This document shows, in pieces, positions 8,969 to 18,356 of a stretch of 32,000 nt of DNA. A program made the position numbers and the translations under genes. This DNA is from an uncultured Methylococcaceae bacterium. GTDB taxonomy: Bacteria; Pseudomonadota; Gammaproteobacteria; Methylococcales; Methylomonadaceae. The stretch lies in assembly GCA_903945605.1 (NCBI GenBank), contig CAJAWH010000093.1, positions 7,186 through 39,185 on the forward strand, read 5' to 3'. The notes beneath the pieces are model-generated. The model saw only the letters and a list, made by a program, of their open reading frames with translations, had not been told where the DNA came from and made no database searches. The stretch's first letter is position 1. Each line of letters starts with the position of its first letter.

Positions 8969-11900
8969 TTAGCGTATTCTGACGCGATCACCGGCGTTAA
9001 CTGCTGTTGCCAAACGCTCACGAAGGGCATGCAAGTAACGGTCAATATCATTTTCGGTTTCAATGAATCCTTTTGGCGACACGGTGTTTAGAACTTCGAC
9101 TTGGTTGATGGTGATAGTCCGTTTAGGGGCGGGGGCGGGTTCGGCCACTTTGTTATCGCCAGGCGTTGGCGTAACTGGTTTTGGCGCTTGCTTTTGCCTA
9201 AGCGATTCGATATGGCGATTGATTAATTCGTAAGCGTCGTCTTCGTAAGCAGCCGCTTCAGATTGGTCACTGACGATTTGCGGAATGGATTCGTTGTGGC
9301 TGATCTCCTGTCTGCATAATTGCAACAGGCGCAACGCTTTGTTTTGGATGTCGTCAGGCGCGCCAGCTTGTTTCAAAGCGGATTGCACGCGCTCGATTCT
9401 TTGATCAAGTTCTGTTTGGGCTAACTGGCGTTTTTCAAGTACCAACTGTTTATTGATCTTCTGGATTTGCTCAATCAGCGGATTAATATGACGCAGTTGG
9501 TCATAGGGCGAAGCCAAGTTGTAGATACGGTCTAATTCGTCCAAGGCATTTTTAGCCTCCGGGCCTTTTTCCAGAGCCGGACGGTTGGCTTTGAACAGAT
9601 CGTTCAGGGCATTGATGAGTGCTTGCCAAGTTTGGAATTGGCTTTTGTAGAAGTCGTCCAGGTCTTCAAAATCTTCGGCAAAATCTTCCAAGGCGTTGCT
9701 TTGTTCCAGGCAGCGTTCTATCAGCGCAAAGCTGTTGGACTGTTGGAGCAGATCAGCCAGCAGTGTCAAGCCCTGTTGGATGTGTTGTTTACCTGGAAAA
9801 TGGCCGGTTTGGGCTTTGCTGCTGAAGGATTTAAGGTCGTCATACCATACCCCGATTTCATGTTTCAGTAGCTCTGCCAGTTCTTTTTCGCCTGAGCCGG
9901 TAAAGGTTTTATTGAACAGATTTTTAGCCAACGCCGCTGCATTTTTCAGTTGACGCTCATCGTGCCGCCTAACCTTTTGAACACGGATTTCGCCGTGTTT
10001 ACGCACACTGGTAAACGGATCATAGGCTTTTTTCAGCGGCAGCTCGCTGACACCTAAGGTAAAGCTGATTTTGCCTGCCAGACCCAGTCGGGCAACCAAT
10101 AACAGGATTTCGTTTACCGGCCATCCATAAGGGCGACGGCTGTGGCGATTGATAATGTCACGTAAATAAACCGCTTCATTGCGCTCGATTTTCAAAGTGA
10201 TGAACAACTCGATCTCACGGGTCGCCTGTGGATTGCATTCCATGGCTTCCATGTCGATACCCAGTTGCACAACATCATCAGAGACCATGACCGAGTGAAG
10301 CTCGCGCAACACTTCACCAGGGGTCAGGTGCAGCATGTTGAGCTTGGCAAAGCTGTTTTCAATGACATAACGGTAGGCTTCTTCCAACATTGCCGAGGGC
10401 GAAGCCGTTTTAGGTATCAGCTTGGCACCGATGGCAAACAGCTGGGCTTCGGCAAACAGTTGTTCCAGATCGTGGCGCAGGCGTTTTTCGCGCCCGATGT
10501 TTTCAAGCTGTTTCTCCCGCAACAAATGTTCTTGTTCGGGCCTCTGGCCGGAATTCTGTTTTAAGAATCGGTCGGTTTTCAGGTAACGGGCTAAGTCGCC
10601 ATCCAATCCCTTGTGGCCGAATAACATGGGATGGTCCGGCAATTTGATCAGTACGCAGCCGTCACCTTCCAAGGTGTGGTTCAAACAATATTGGTCACTC
10701 AGAAACGCGTCGTAATGGCTATCTAAAGGCGACGTGATTTTTACAACGAGGTCTTCCAATGTCGATCCGTCTCTGGGGTGGCCATTGCAGAAGCGGCTGA
10801 TATTGAAATCTTGTTTATTGACCGGATAACGGTAAGTGGTTTGCCGCGACAACAGGCCATCGAAGATCAGATTTGAAAGCTTGTTGGTCAACTCCGATGA
10901 CCCAACATCGGTGTGTAGGATTTCGTTTTCGATTTCCTTTTCTTCATTCGTCAGGAATACAAATTCGTCGCCGTTACGGGCAATCAACATTTGCCGTTCC
11001 AGACGGTTCAAGCTTTCTTCAATCTGTATACGCAGGGCGATTTTGTCGGTGTCGATTTGATCAATACACAAGGTAACAATATTATCAAGTGTGCTTTTGA
11101 GGACATCTACGTAACGGATCAGAAATAGGGTTTTCAGCAATTTGCCGTCGAACTCAGTTAAGACATTGAGTTCACACGCTTGGTCGATAGTGCGTTTGAC
11201 AGCAGGTTCCAGAAAGCTTTCGATCGGACTGTAAAAACAATAAAACGGAATCAGTACGCCAATGCCTTGATCCTTGACTTGCTTGGCGGCGGATTGGAAG
11301 GCATCTAATAATGAGCGCTCGCCCATAGCCAAATGCTTGCCAGTAGCGCCTTTGGTGCGAATCGATTCAAAGACTTTTTGCACCAGCGGATAGTGGTAGG
11401 GGATAAACGGATAGTTGTCGATAAATGATGGCGCATCGTTATAACTGTTGAGCGAGGCCGTCGTCGTGGTGTCGAATGCCAGCTGATTGCGCAGGATATC
11501 ACCTTTTTCGGCAAATACATTCGCCAACACTTCAGTAGCGGCTTCGGTTTTTTCCAATAGCCGTTTTTGAATCACTTCCGAGGTATTGGAGCTTGACAGT
11601 TGTAGGCGGGTATAAAACCGGCCCTGAATTTTGGAAAAGTCATCGCCACTGTTTTTGTTCAGCTGGCCGATAGCCGCTTCAATGTCCGCTTGAGACGTCA
11701 CGATAACCCAAGCCCGACCACCGCAAAAAGTGCCTAAGTCTTCGGTAATGGTCTGCAACTTCAACATCATTTGCGTGTTTTGACCGATAAACTGGCCTAC
11801 TTCATCGACGAGGAACAATAGGTTTCGGTCATCATGACTTTCTAAGTAGTCATTGACCCATTTACAGAAGTTGCGGATATCGAGCGGGAAGTTGTTTTCT

Positions 11901-12604
11901 AGCTGCTCGACCCATTGCTTGGTGGATTCAATGGTTTGTTTGCTGGCTGCCGCAAGGCTCTCTGCAAGTTCATCCCGGTAAAAATCGTAGGCATCACGCT
12001 GGGCTTCCCAGCTTGAACCAGTGAGTTCTGCGAATTTGTCTTTGAACGCTTGGTATTGGGTACGTTTGTCCAATTCCCGCTCAAGATGCGCGATATGCGG
12101 GAAGTCGGCGCAATAGCCGACGCGCTCATTGAACACTTTGAGGAAAACTTTCAGGATCGCGTTGTCGCCATCGTCCGTATTAGCACGCGAATCGATGTTA
12201 AACAAAATGACATCGGTGGGTTTTGATACAGCGCTGTGAATATCGCCGAACAGCATCGCATCATTGATTTTGTCTTTGAAAAAATCAATGGCAAGGAGGT
12301 TCTCACCTGCATTTTGCACAACACGGTTTTCGAGCAGGTATGACAGAATCTTGATGAAATGCGATTTGCCGGAACCGAAGAATCCAGAAACCCAGACACC
12401 GATTTTTCCGGCTACCGCAGGATTACGGTTTTTGATTGCTGGGACATACGTTTCGAAAAAATGGCGGAAATGGCGATCCAATTCGTTGGTGATGACGTAT
12501 TCGTCCAACTCAACAAACACACACTCATCATCAAGCTGTTCGGCTTTGACTACGCCGTTAATGTCTCGGTTGAGCTGCTTTGAAAAAATCTGTTCGATGT
12601 TCAC
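8969..12604 (-). CDS. brxC: BREX ATPase BrxC/PglY
   Basis: 1211 aa. P-loop GFFGSGKSHF near the N-terminus (about 12360-12390). Size and position after brxB are typical of BrxC. GVWVSGFFGSGKSH context. GTG start at 12602-12604. Confidence 0.9.
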   Translation of the reverse strand: MNIEQIFSKQLNRDINGVVKAEQLDDECVFVELDEYVITNELDRHFRHFFETYVPAIKNRNPAVAGKIGVWVSGFFGSGKSHFIKILSYLLENRVVQNAGENLLAIDFFKDKINDAMLFGDIHSAVSKPTDVILFNIDSRANTDDGDNAILKVFLKVFNERVGYCADFPHIAHLERELDKRTQYQAFKDKFAELTGSSWEAQRDAYDFYRDELAESLAAASKQTIESTKQWVEQLENNFPLDIRNFCKWVNDYLESHDDRNLLFLVDEVGQFIGQNTQMMLKLQTITEDLGTFCGGRAWVIVTSQADIEAAIGQLNKNSGDDFSKIQGRFYTRLQLSSSNTSEVIQKRLLEKTEAATEVLANVFAEKGDILRNQLAFDTTTTASLNSYNDAPSFIDNYPFIPYHYPLVQKVFESIRTKGATGKHLAMGERSLLDAFQSAAKQVKDQGIGVLIPFYCFYSPIESFLEPAVKRTIDQACELNVLTEFDGKLLKTLFLIRYVDVLKSTLDNIVTLCIDQIDTDKIALRIQIEESLNRLERQMLIARNGDEFVFLTNEEKEIENEILHTDVGSSELTNKLSNLIFDGLLSRQTTYRYPVNKQDFNISRFCNGHPRDGSTLEDLVVKITSPLDSHYDAFLSDQYCLNHTLEGDGCVLIKLPDHPMLFGHKGLDGDLARYLKTDRFLKQNSGQRPEQEHLLREKQLENIGREKRLRHDLEQLFAEAQLFAIGAKLIPKTASPSAMLEEAYRYVIENSFAKLNMLHLTPGEVLRELHSVMVSDDVVQLGIDMEAMECNPQATREIELFITLKIERNEAVYLRDIINRHSRRPYGWPVNEILLLVARLGLAGKISFTLGVSELPLKKAYDPFTSVRKHGEIRVQKVRRHDERQLKNAAALAKNLFNKTFTGSGEKELAELLKHEIGVWYDDLKSFSSKAQTGHFPGKQHIQQGLTLLADLLQQSNSFALIERCLEQSNALEDFAEDFEDLDDFYKSQFQTWQALINALNDLFKANRPALEKGPEAKNALDELDRIYNLASPYDQLRHINPLIEQIQKINKQLVLEKRQLAQTELDQRIERVQSALKQAGAPDDIQNKALRLLQLCRQEISHNESIPQIVSDQSEAAAYEDDAYELINRHIESLRQKQAPKPVTPTPGDNKVAEPAPAPKRTITINQVEVLNTVSPKGFIETENDIDRYLHALRERLATAVNAGDRVRIR

Positions 12605-12622
12605 GAATGGCTGCCTGCTGAC

Positions 12623-13204
12623 TTATTTATTAAATGATTCGGGCACAAGTTTGAACGCACGATAATAATTTTTTGAATCGATCCGGCCAAACGGGTGTAG
12701 GTCTTGGCCACTATATTCGCCAGGGTAGAACAGCACCAACGGCGTTTTACCCATCACGTCTTGCAGCGCACTCAATAACTCATGACCTCGCACTAACGGC
12801 CAAGCATTGCCCAGACCTGTCAGTAAAACAAAATCCAAGGTTTCTGGCTGAATATCCGCCGCAATAAATTCAGCCACTTTTTTCTGGTTAAGTGGGCCGG
12901 CCAATGTCGATTTTATGGCGTTTACGCCGACCTGTTTTTCACGGGCAAAGGTACGTTCTAAAAGCCCCCTTGAATTGAGCATGTCGATCAGGGTTTGGAA
13001 CAGGTTTACATGCCTAAATTTGAAGCCACGTTTTTCCAACTTTTCGGTTAGATATTTAACATAGTCTCTGACGATGAGCTCATGATTTGCGGAATAGTCG
13101 AAAATCCAAAAGCCAATATCATTACCCAAGCCATCATTGTTTAAAAACTGCGGGTTATCGATACGCTCAAGGATGAGATCGAGTCGGTTTTGTAGCGATT
13201 TCAT
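12623..13204 (-). CDS. brxB: BREX protein BrxB (DUF1788-like)
   Basis: Track ORF 12623..13435 trimmed to MKSLQNRLDLILERI... The ATG at 13202-13204 overlaps the brxA TGA (ATGA); an alternative ATG lies at 13211-13213. ~193 aa, positioned between brxA and brxC. Family assignment by size, position and remembered similarity only. Confidence 0.75.
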   Translation of the reverse strand: MKSLQNRLDLILERIDNPQFLNNDGLGNDIGFWIFDYSANHELIVRDYVKYLTEKLEKRGFKFRHVNLFQTLIDMLNSRGLLERTFAREKQVGVNAIKSTLAGPLNQKKVAEFIAADIQPETLDFVLLTGLGNAWPLVRGHELLSALQDVMGKTPLVLFYPGEYSGQDLHPFGRIDSKNYYRAFKLVPESFNK

Positions 13205-13818
13205 AAGGTGCATTTCATGATCGGCTCGAGGTCTTCGCGATTTAATTGCTGCAACCATGATTTTGTCTCCGGTAGCAAGTAAACGGGCTGTAGGCGGCGG
13301 CTTTTGTTGTTGTCCAGATATCCCGCTTCGACCAAAGCCCGGATGACATTGGTGCCTGTTTTTTGTAGCGTAGCCTCTGACAGTTGGGACAAACCAGATA
13401 GTGTGCGAATGCGATCCAATAAAAAAATGCCCCACGCATCCGCAGCCAAATTGGGTTTATAAACACGTTTGGTTTCGGCAACGACGTGATTCATGAAATC
13501 GGCGACTACCGGTGTGTAAATCAGTAAAGCCAGCATCAAAAGCTGTGTATATAACGGATCGGCGGCATCGATAACAGCCTCCGAAAATGGCGTACCTAGG
13601 GGTAACAACCGCCGCTTTATCGTCCGTGCATATCGGATAGCGGTGTTCGGCGATTTTTTTCGTAGCACGTTATCTTGGGTAATGAGTTGTACCCAATCGA
13701 CTTCAGAGCAATCCAATAACAGGCTTTGGGCAACGGTTTTGCTTTCAGCAAGAAACAAACTCCCGCTGACTAAGTCGCGGATGTAGTGCTTGGCTTTATC
13801 AAGTTCTTGTTTACTCAA
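13201..13818 (-). CDS. brxA: BREX protein BrxA (DUF1819-like)
   Basis: 205 aa, first gene of the brxABC block. Start is TTG (13816-13818) overlapping the brxR TGA as TTGA. The next in-frame Met is about 95 codons in, so the TTG is the only sensible start. Confidence 0.7.
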   Translation of the reverse strand: MSKQELDKAKHYIRDLVSGSLFLAESKTVAQSLLLDCSEVDWVQLITQDNVLRKKSPNTAIRYARTIKRRLLPLGTPFSEAVIDAADPLYTQLLMLALLIYTPVVADFMNHVVAETKRVYKPNLAADAWGIFLLDRIRTLSGLSQLSEATLQKTGTNVIRALVEAGYLDNNKSRRLQPVYLLPETKSWLQQLNREDLEPIMKCTL

Positions 13819-14717
13819 AGCCCAGTTTCCTTATGGGGTAGGCAATAACCAGGTGCTAAGATAAGATTTTCTATAGACGTTAGTTCTTGGCGATTTGTGA
13901 GCCAGAGGTGGTATTCAGGGCCAACGAGCGCATGGTTTTCTGAGCAGTCCACATTCCACCGTCTTAACAAATAACCAGCAACAGCGGCACGTACCGAAAG
14001 CGTCAGTTTGCCATTTTCAATACCATATTCATGAGCTATGGTCTCAGGATAACCCAGTGAAGGATGGGGAACTAATTGAAGCTTTACGAATTGATTCCAT
14101 TGTTGATCGGCAGCCTTCGTTTCTGTATCTGAAACAGTCCGATTTTCAGCCAAACAAGGTTGTTCGATACGATTTATTACAAAATCGGAAAAGTGCTGTT
14201 TACGCCGGTCAAACGCCCTGACATGCCAACGCAAACCGTTATCGACCAGTGAGTGCGGGATGATTTCACGATGTGTTAAACCACTGGAAAGCGATCGATA
14301 AGCAATTGAGATTGCTTGCTTGCAGTAGATGGCGCGGGTAACGGACGCCAAAATATAACAGGCCGGAAAATGTAATTGAGTTGGCGCTTCGGCGGCATCG
14401 AAGGTACGGCTTGTAGATACAAAGTCATCACCATAGCCGTGGAGTAACGCTGCCAATGCTTGATGACTGGAATAGCTGAATAGTGGTGAAAAACTATCAC
14501 GCTGGATGTACGCTTTAGCTTTGGTGTCGTATTCCAGATTTTTTGGCGTTAATTCTTTGTAGAGTGTAATGTCCCTGGTTGCGGCGGCTTCTTTAATGCC
14601 AAAGCGTGCAACAAGGTCATTACGATTGACCGATCCAAGAAAAAACAAGCGGAAGTCTATATGCAACAGACGCTCCTTCTGGGTTTGACTTAAATTCTCA
14701 AGTAGCTGTTGTTGCAT
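13815..14717 (-). CDS. brxR: WYL-domain transcriptional regulator, BrxR-like
   Basis: 300 aa. N-terminus LSQTQKERLLHIDFRLFFLGSVNRNDLVARFGIKEAAATRDITLYKEL matches the winged-HTH start of BrxR/CapW-type regulators as I remember them. Lies immediately upstream of and coupled to brxA. Confidence 0.7.
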   Translation of the reverse strand: MQQQLLENLSQTQKERLLHIDFRLFFLGSVNRNDLVARFGIKEAAATRDITLYKELTPKNLEYDTKAKAYIQRDSFSPLFSYSSHQALAALLHGYGDDFVSTSRTFDAAEAPTQLHFPACYILASVTRAIYCKQAISIAYRSLSSGLTHREIIPHSLVDNGLRWHVRAFDRRKQHFSDFVINRIEQPCLAENRTVSDTETKAADQQWNQFVKLQLVPHPSLGYPETIAHEYGIENGKLTLSVRAAVAGYLLRRWNVDCSENHALVGPEYHLWLTNRQELTSIENLILAPGYCLPHKETGL

Positions 14718-14764
14718 GATGCGCTAAAAATAATCTAAGAAACCAACAAACAAAATGATGATCA

Positions 14765-14794
14765 ATTATATGACCACGATGATATTTATATCAA
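14765..14794 (-). promoter_or_regulatory. Candidate sigma70 promoter of the brxR-BREX operon with overlapping palindromic operator
   Basis: Minus strand: -35 TTGATA (14794-14789), 18-nt spacer, -10 TATAAT (14770-14765), about 47 nt upstream of the brxR ATG. A perfect palindrome TGATAT-nn-ATATCA (14780-14793) overlaps the -35. Confidence 0.4.
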
Positions 14795-15072
14795 CCAAAA
14801 CTTTGTCGAGGCAACTCACTTAGAGAGGTGACTTCACGAAACGGAAAAAATTGTACGCTAAGCTTCCACTGCGTTTAAGTTTTGAGCTGCCCCGCCCTAA
14901 TCCAAAGGCCGGTATCCGTCCTTGGCCTTCCGCAACTGCCACTGTTTCGCCGCCAACACGGCATCGGTTTCCAATCTGAAACAGGAACTCTTGACGGTGT
15001 CGGGCGAACCGGTCCGACCCCATGCCCGCACCACCGACCTCACAACCACTCAAGAACGAGATCATTCAACAC

Positions 15073-16260
15073 TTAGAGAATTATTTCGTTATTTGACAAT
15101 CCCAATAAAATTTCCTTAAGCTTTTCCCAATACTCCACTGCCACAGATTTCATGATTGCGGAAAATATTTCATGCGCGAATTTTGTCTCAAACCCGAGCC
15201 ATTTTTCGCTCATCAAGATTCGCGTTCGAGAAGAATTTAGGTCTAAATCCATTGATCCGCAAATATCAATAACTAAAAGAATGGGCAATGGCCAGAAAAG
15301 ACGTACTTGGTTTTTCTGCATTGACCATGATTCAGGGAACGGGCTTGAAGGAACTTCAAAGCCATGCAAGGAAATCCGAGATTTAGAGTGTGGGTAGCCC
15401 TCAAATGTGGCTTGATCGTCATCAAAACTTTTTTCATCAGCTTAAGCATATCCTGAGATATGCCCTGAGTTATCAGGACTAGCTATTGTCGCTTTGTTAT
15501 CTCTGCTGAGTATCCGCATAGTGATTACAATCAAAATGATCCACAACCACAGGTTGATTTTATTGTTTTCGACCTCATAGTTCTGTTGAATTTCTTTTTT
15601 ATGCTCTCGTTTTATAGCCTAAGTTGTTGGTTTGATTTCCTCATGAATACCATCGGGCTTTAAGAAGCCCTGTCTATTTCCTTGGTCTTTACGAACCCAT
15701 CCTTGTTCGAGCATACATTTTTCAAGTTGCCCCTTAAAACGCGTTCTTCGGTCTTGTGTGGTTCGAAGGACTTGTTCAGGAATAATTTTACCGATATTTA
15801 TAATGACGTAATCCCGATTGCCTTTCCAAGTCAATGTAGGGTCGTCTAGACCTGAGAGGATTTTATTCGCTGTTTCCAAAGCTTTTGCTTGCGTATCCAT
15901 CCTTGGTGACATTTTATCAACCTGACGGTGTCCATTTTTCACAATAGCAGCGGTTTCTCGATCAAGATTGATTTCCCAGTGGTGGACATCAGCTCTGCTT
16001 GAACCATTGATCAGTGCTCCGTGGCGTTCCAGTTCAAAACATAACACAGGAGGTTTCCACTTTAAGTTTTCTGCTCGACAAACTTTCTCCGGGAAAGTCT
16101 TGTGCTGATCGCTGCCTTTTAGAGACTGCCAGCATTCTGCCAATAACATGAGAATGTCCGATTTAGGCTTATCAACTATCGCCGCTTTGCCATCAGGCAG
16201 GGCTATTAAATAATCGTGTAAGGCTCGAATTGTATTTTTTGAGTGTCCCATTGCTTCCAA
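15073..16260 (-). pseudogene. Decayed gene: unknown N-domain, TM helix, truncated vWA-like start; two in-frame stops
   Basis: Track ORFs 15619..16260 and 15073..15369 share one frame (both low coordinates are 1 mod 3). The 15370-15618 interval is open in that frame except for TAA at 15442-15444, and the first ORF ends with TAG at 15619-15621. The middle piece encodes a hydrophobic helix INLWLWIILIVITMRIL. The last piece has PILLVIDICGSM, resembling a vWA beta1/MIDAS DxSGSM start, but ends about 55 aa later. Confidence 0.45.
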
Positions 16261-16644
16261 TTGCCTCGACTCTGTTGCGGGGTTAATAGAAACTGCGCTA
16301 AAAATTTACACCAAAAATTCAAACGATGCATAATTTATGACAAGGATGCTGGTTTGTAGGTATTGCTACAGGGCAAAGACGTGAGCCGATACGGCAATCG
16401 CTTCAACAGAAACAACTTGGTGGTCATTAAAAAATGGGTGTTTGACTGGACGGCGCACTGGCTAAGGCCGGTGTGCTGTTTGGCCGCTGTGCCGGTGTTT
16501 TTTAGAGTTGGCATAAGCGGTGGCGGTGGGTGGTTCGCTTGAAATTGGCAGGTTGTTAGCGCAAGGGGATAGCAATTAGGCATCATACATAGTAGTAAAT
16601 GGCCTAATTGGATATGGCTAAAATTTGTTGTACCGAGAGTTGTA

Positions 16645-16748
16645 CCGAAACGCCATTTTTACGATTCACGCCAAAGAGCCAATTCATAACCCCTTGAAAA
16701 AGTTGGTCGGGACGACAGGATTTGAACCTGCTACCACTTGTCCCCCAG
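16645..16748. repeat. Left direct repeat (att site) containing a displaced 3' fragment of tRNA-Pro (16704-16748)
   Basis: Matches 22457-22560 at 100 of 104 positions by my alignment. The last 45 nt equal the tRNA-Pro 3' part from anticodon-loop position 32 to CCA, with one mismatch (ctgcTacc vs ctgcGacc). Confidence 0.85.
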
Positions 16749-16886
16749 TTAGGTGAAGCACAGTAAACCGGCCTTGCCACCACAGGCCAACCACAAAGCC
16801 ACCAACAAAAAAACTACAAAAAACCAAACAGTTGTAAAAATAATTTGTTCAACCAAAGCCAATAGAGTACCATTAAATTCAACCGG

Positions 16887-16911
16887 AAAGTGTACCCGCT
16901 AGTGTACCCGA
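16887..16911. promoter_or_regulatory. Candidate integrase arm-type binding site (tandem AGTGTACCCG x2), int-proximal copy
   Basis: The 25-nt aaagtgtacccgctagtgtacccga is identical to 22436-22460 at the other end of the element. In the excised circle the two copies would flank the att core. Confidence 0.5.
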
Positions 16912-16978
16912 TAAAATGCAGCTAAGTGCCTGATATTTTCAACCCGCAACCTATTGTCAGTTTGACAAGTTCACCCGT

Positions 16979-18289
16979 ATGGCTACCAAAAAAATAACCC
17001 CGCTGGAATTTCAGCACTTCAAGAAAGCCACCGACAAAGAACGGGCGTTAAACGATGGTGGCGGCCTTTATGTGCGCGTTCGGTCGATAGCCGAGGGGGG
17101 CGGGGTAAGTTTTCGATACCGGTTTAAGCTTGAAGGTAAGCAACAATGGCTAACCTTTGAGGCTGAAGGCCTGAAGGAAGCGAGGGCAAAGGCTGAGGGG
17201 TACCAAAAGCAGGTCAACAAGGGTATCAACCCTGCACTAGAACTGAAACTTGAAAAGACCCGAAACAAACAAGCACAGCTTGCCGAACAAGCAGCACTAG
17301 CCAAGCTTAACGCACGGCTAACTGTCACCGACCTGTTCACACAGTGGTATGACATCCGCCTAACCAACCGCAAGGACAAGGAAGAGGTCAAACACACGTT
17401 TTATAGGCACGTGTTGCCTGTTATTGGTGGCCTATTTGTGGAAGAGGTCAGAAAGCTGCACATCACACAAGTCACAAACCCATTAGTGCAGCGCGGGGTT
17501 AATGTGATGGCTAACCGTGTGTTTGGCATGGTCAGACAGATGTTCCAGTTTGCAGTCGATCAGGACATCATCACCGCCAACCCCACGGCAGGCTTGAGCA
17601 AAGCCAAGATAGGCGGTAAGGAGGTGGAACGTGACAGGGTATTGTGTGAGGACGAGATAAAGGCGTTGGCAAGGCAAATGCCTGATGCAGGCCTTTTGAA
17701 GCCCACAGAGTGTGCTATTTGGCTTGCATTAAGCACATTGTGCCGTATCGGTGAGTTGAGCAGAGCCAAGTGGGCTGATGTGGATATTGAGGGCAGCAAG
17801 TGGCGGATACCTGAAGCCAACAGCAAAAACGGCAAAGCCCACACAATACACTTAAGCGGCTTTGCCAAAGCACAGCTCAGGGTGCTGAAGGATTGTGCGG
17901 CCAGCGACACTTGGTTATACCCAAACCGTGACGATAGCGGGCATGTGTGCGAGAAGTCTATCACCAAGCAGATACAAGGGCGGCAAACCGATAAGGTGCT
18001 AAGCGGCCGTTCACGATGCAATCAGGCATTGGTTTTGCAGGGCGGCAAGTGGACACCGCACGATCTGAGACGCACAGGCGCAACCCTGATGGGCAACCTT
18101 GGCGTTAGGCCTGATGTGATTGAGAAATGCCTGAACCACACAGAAGAGAACAAGGTTAAACGTATCTACCAGAGGCAAGAACTGAAAGCTGAACAAGCGG
18201 CGGCGTGGCAATTGTTGGGTGACAGACTTAACCTATTGGTTCGCACGGACAACGAAAATATTTTGGTTTTTCATAAAAAAATTGTTTGA
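16979..18289 (+). CDS. int: Tyrosine recombinase, P4-type integrase
   Basis: 436 aa. N-terminal arm-binding-like region (GGLYVRVRS...VSFRYRFKLEGKQQW). Catalytic residues in RIGELSRAKW, HDLRRTGAT and the Tyr in VKRIYQRQE. Adjacent to the att repeat. Confidence 0.9.
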   Translation: MATKKITPLEFQHFKKATDKERALNDGGGLYVRVRSIAEGGGVSFRYRFKLEGKQQWLTFEAEGLKEARAKAEGYQKQVNKGINPALELKLEKTRNKQAQLAEQAALAKLNARLTVTDLFTQWYDIRLTNRKDKEEVKHTFYRHVLPVIGGLFVEEVRKLHITQVTNPLVQRGVNVMANRVFGMVRQMFQFAVDQDIITANPTAGLSKAKIGGKEVERDRVLCEDEIKALARQMPDAGLLKPTECAIWLALSTLCRIGELSRAKWADVDIEGSKWRIPEANSKNGKAHTIHLSGFAKAQLRVLKDCAASDTWLYPNRDDSGHVCEKSITKQIQGRQTDKVLSGRSRCNQALVLQGGKWTPHDLRRTGATLMGNLGVRPDVIEKCLNHTEENKVKRIYQRQELKAEQAAAWQLLGDRLNLLVRTDNENILVFHKKIV

Positions 18290-18356
18290 CAAGGTGCGAT
18301 AGAGTTCGATACGATAGCCCCGTACCAAGGACGCTAGCCATTCAAAGGAGATTATC

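Noticed and set aside
7813-9063. N-terminal extensions proposed by the ORF track (sbcD from 9063, brxB from 13435, rpmI from 27349, primase from 18689, DUF1566 protein from 31014)
   Set aside because: The track uses the first ATG/GTG/TTG after a stop. The extensions overlap upstream genes or lack an SD, while conserved N-termini ([43 protein letters not shown]) begin at internal ATGs with better context.
14826-15072. GC-rich block as a tmRNA/tRNA fragment, SRP RNA, RNase P RNA, cobalamin riboswitch or group II intron end
   Set aside because: Manual comparison with the consensus sequences I can recall found only trivial 5-6-nt matches. Kept as an unexplained block in the findings rather than named.
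16335-16586. 83-aa minus-strand ORF in the spacer between the decayed gene and the att repeat
   Set aside because: No SD, odd composition (P/T/L-rich) and no motifs. The region more likely holds the non-coding island end.
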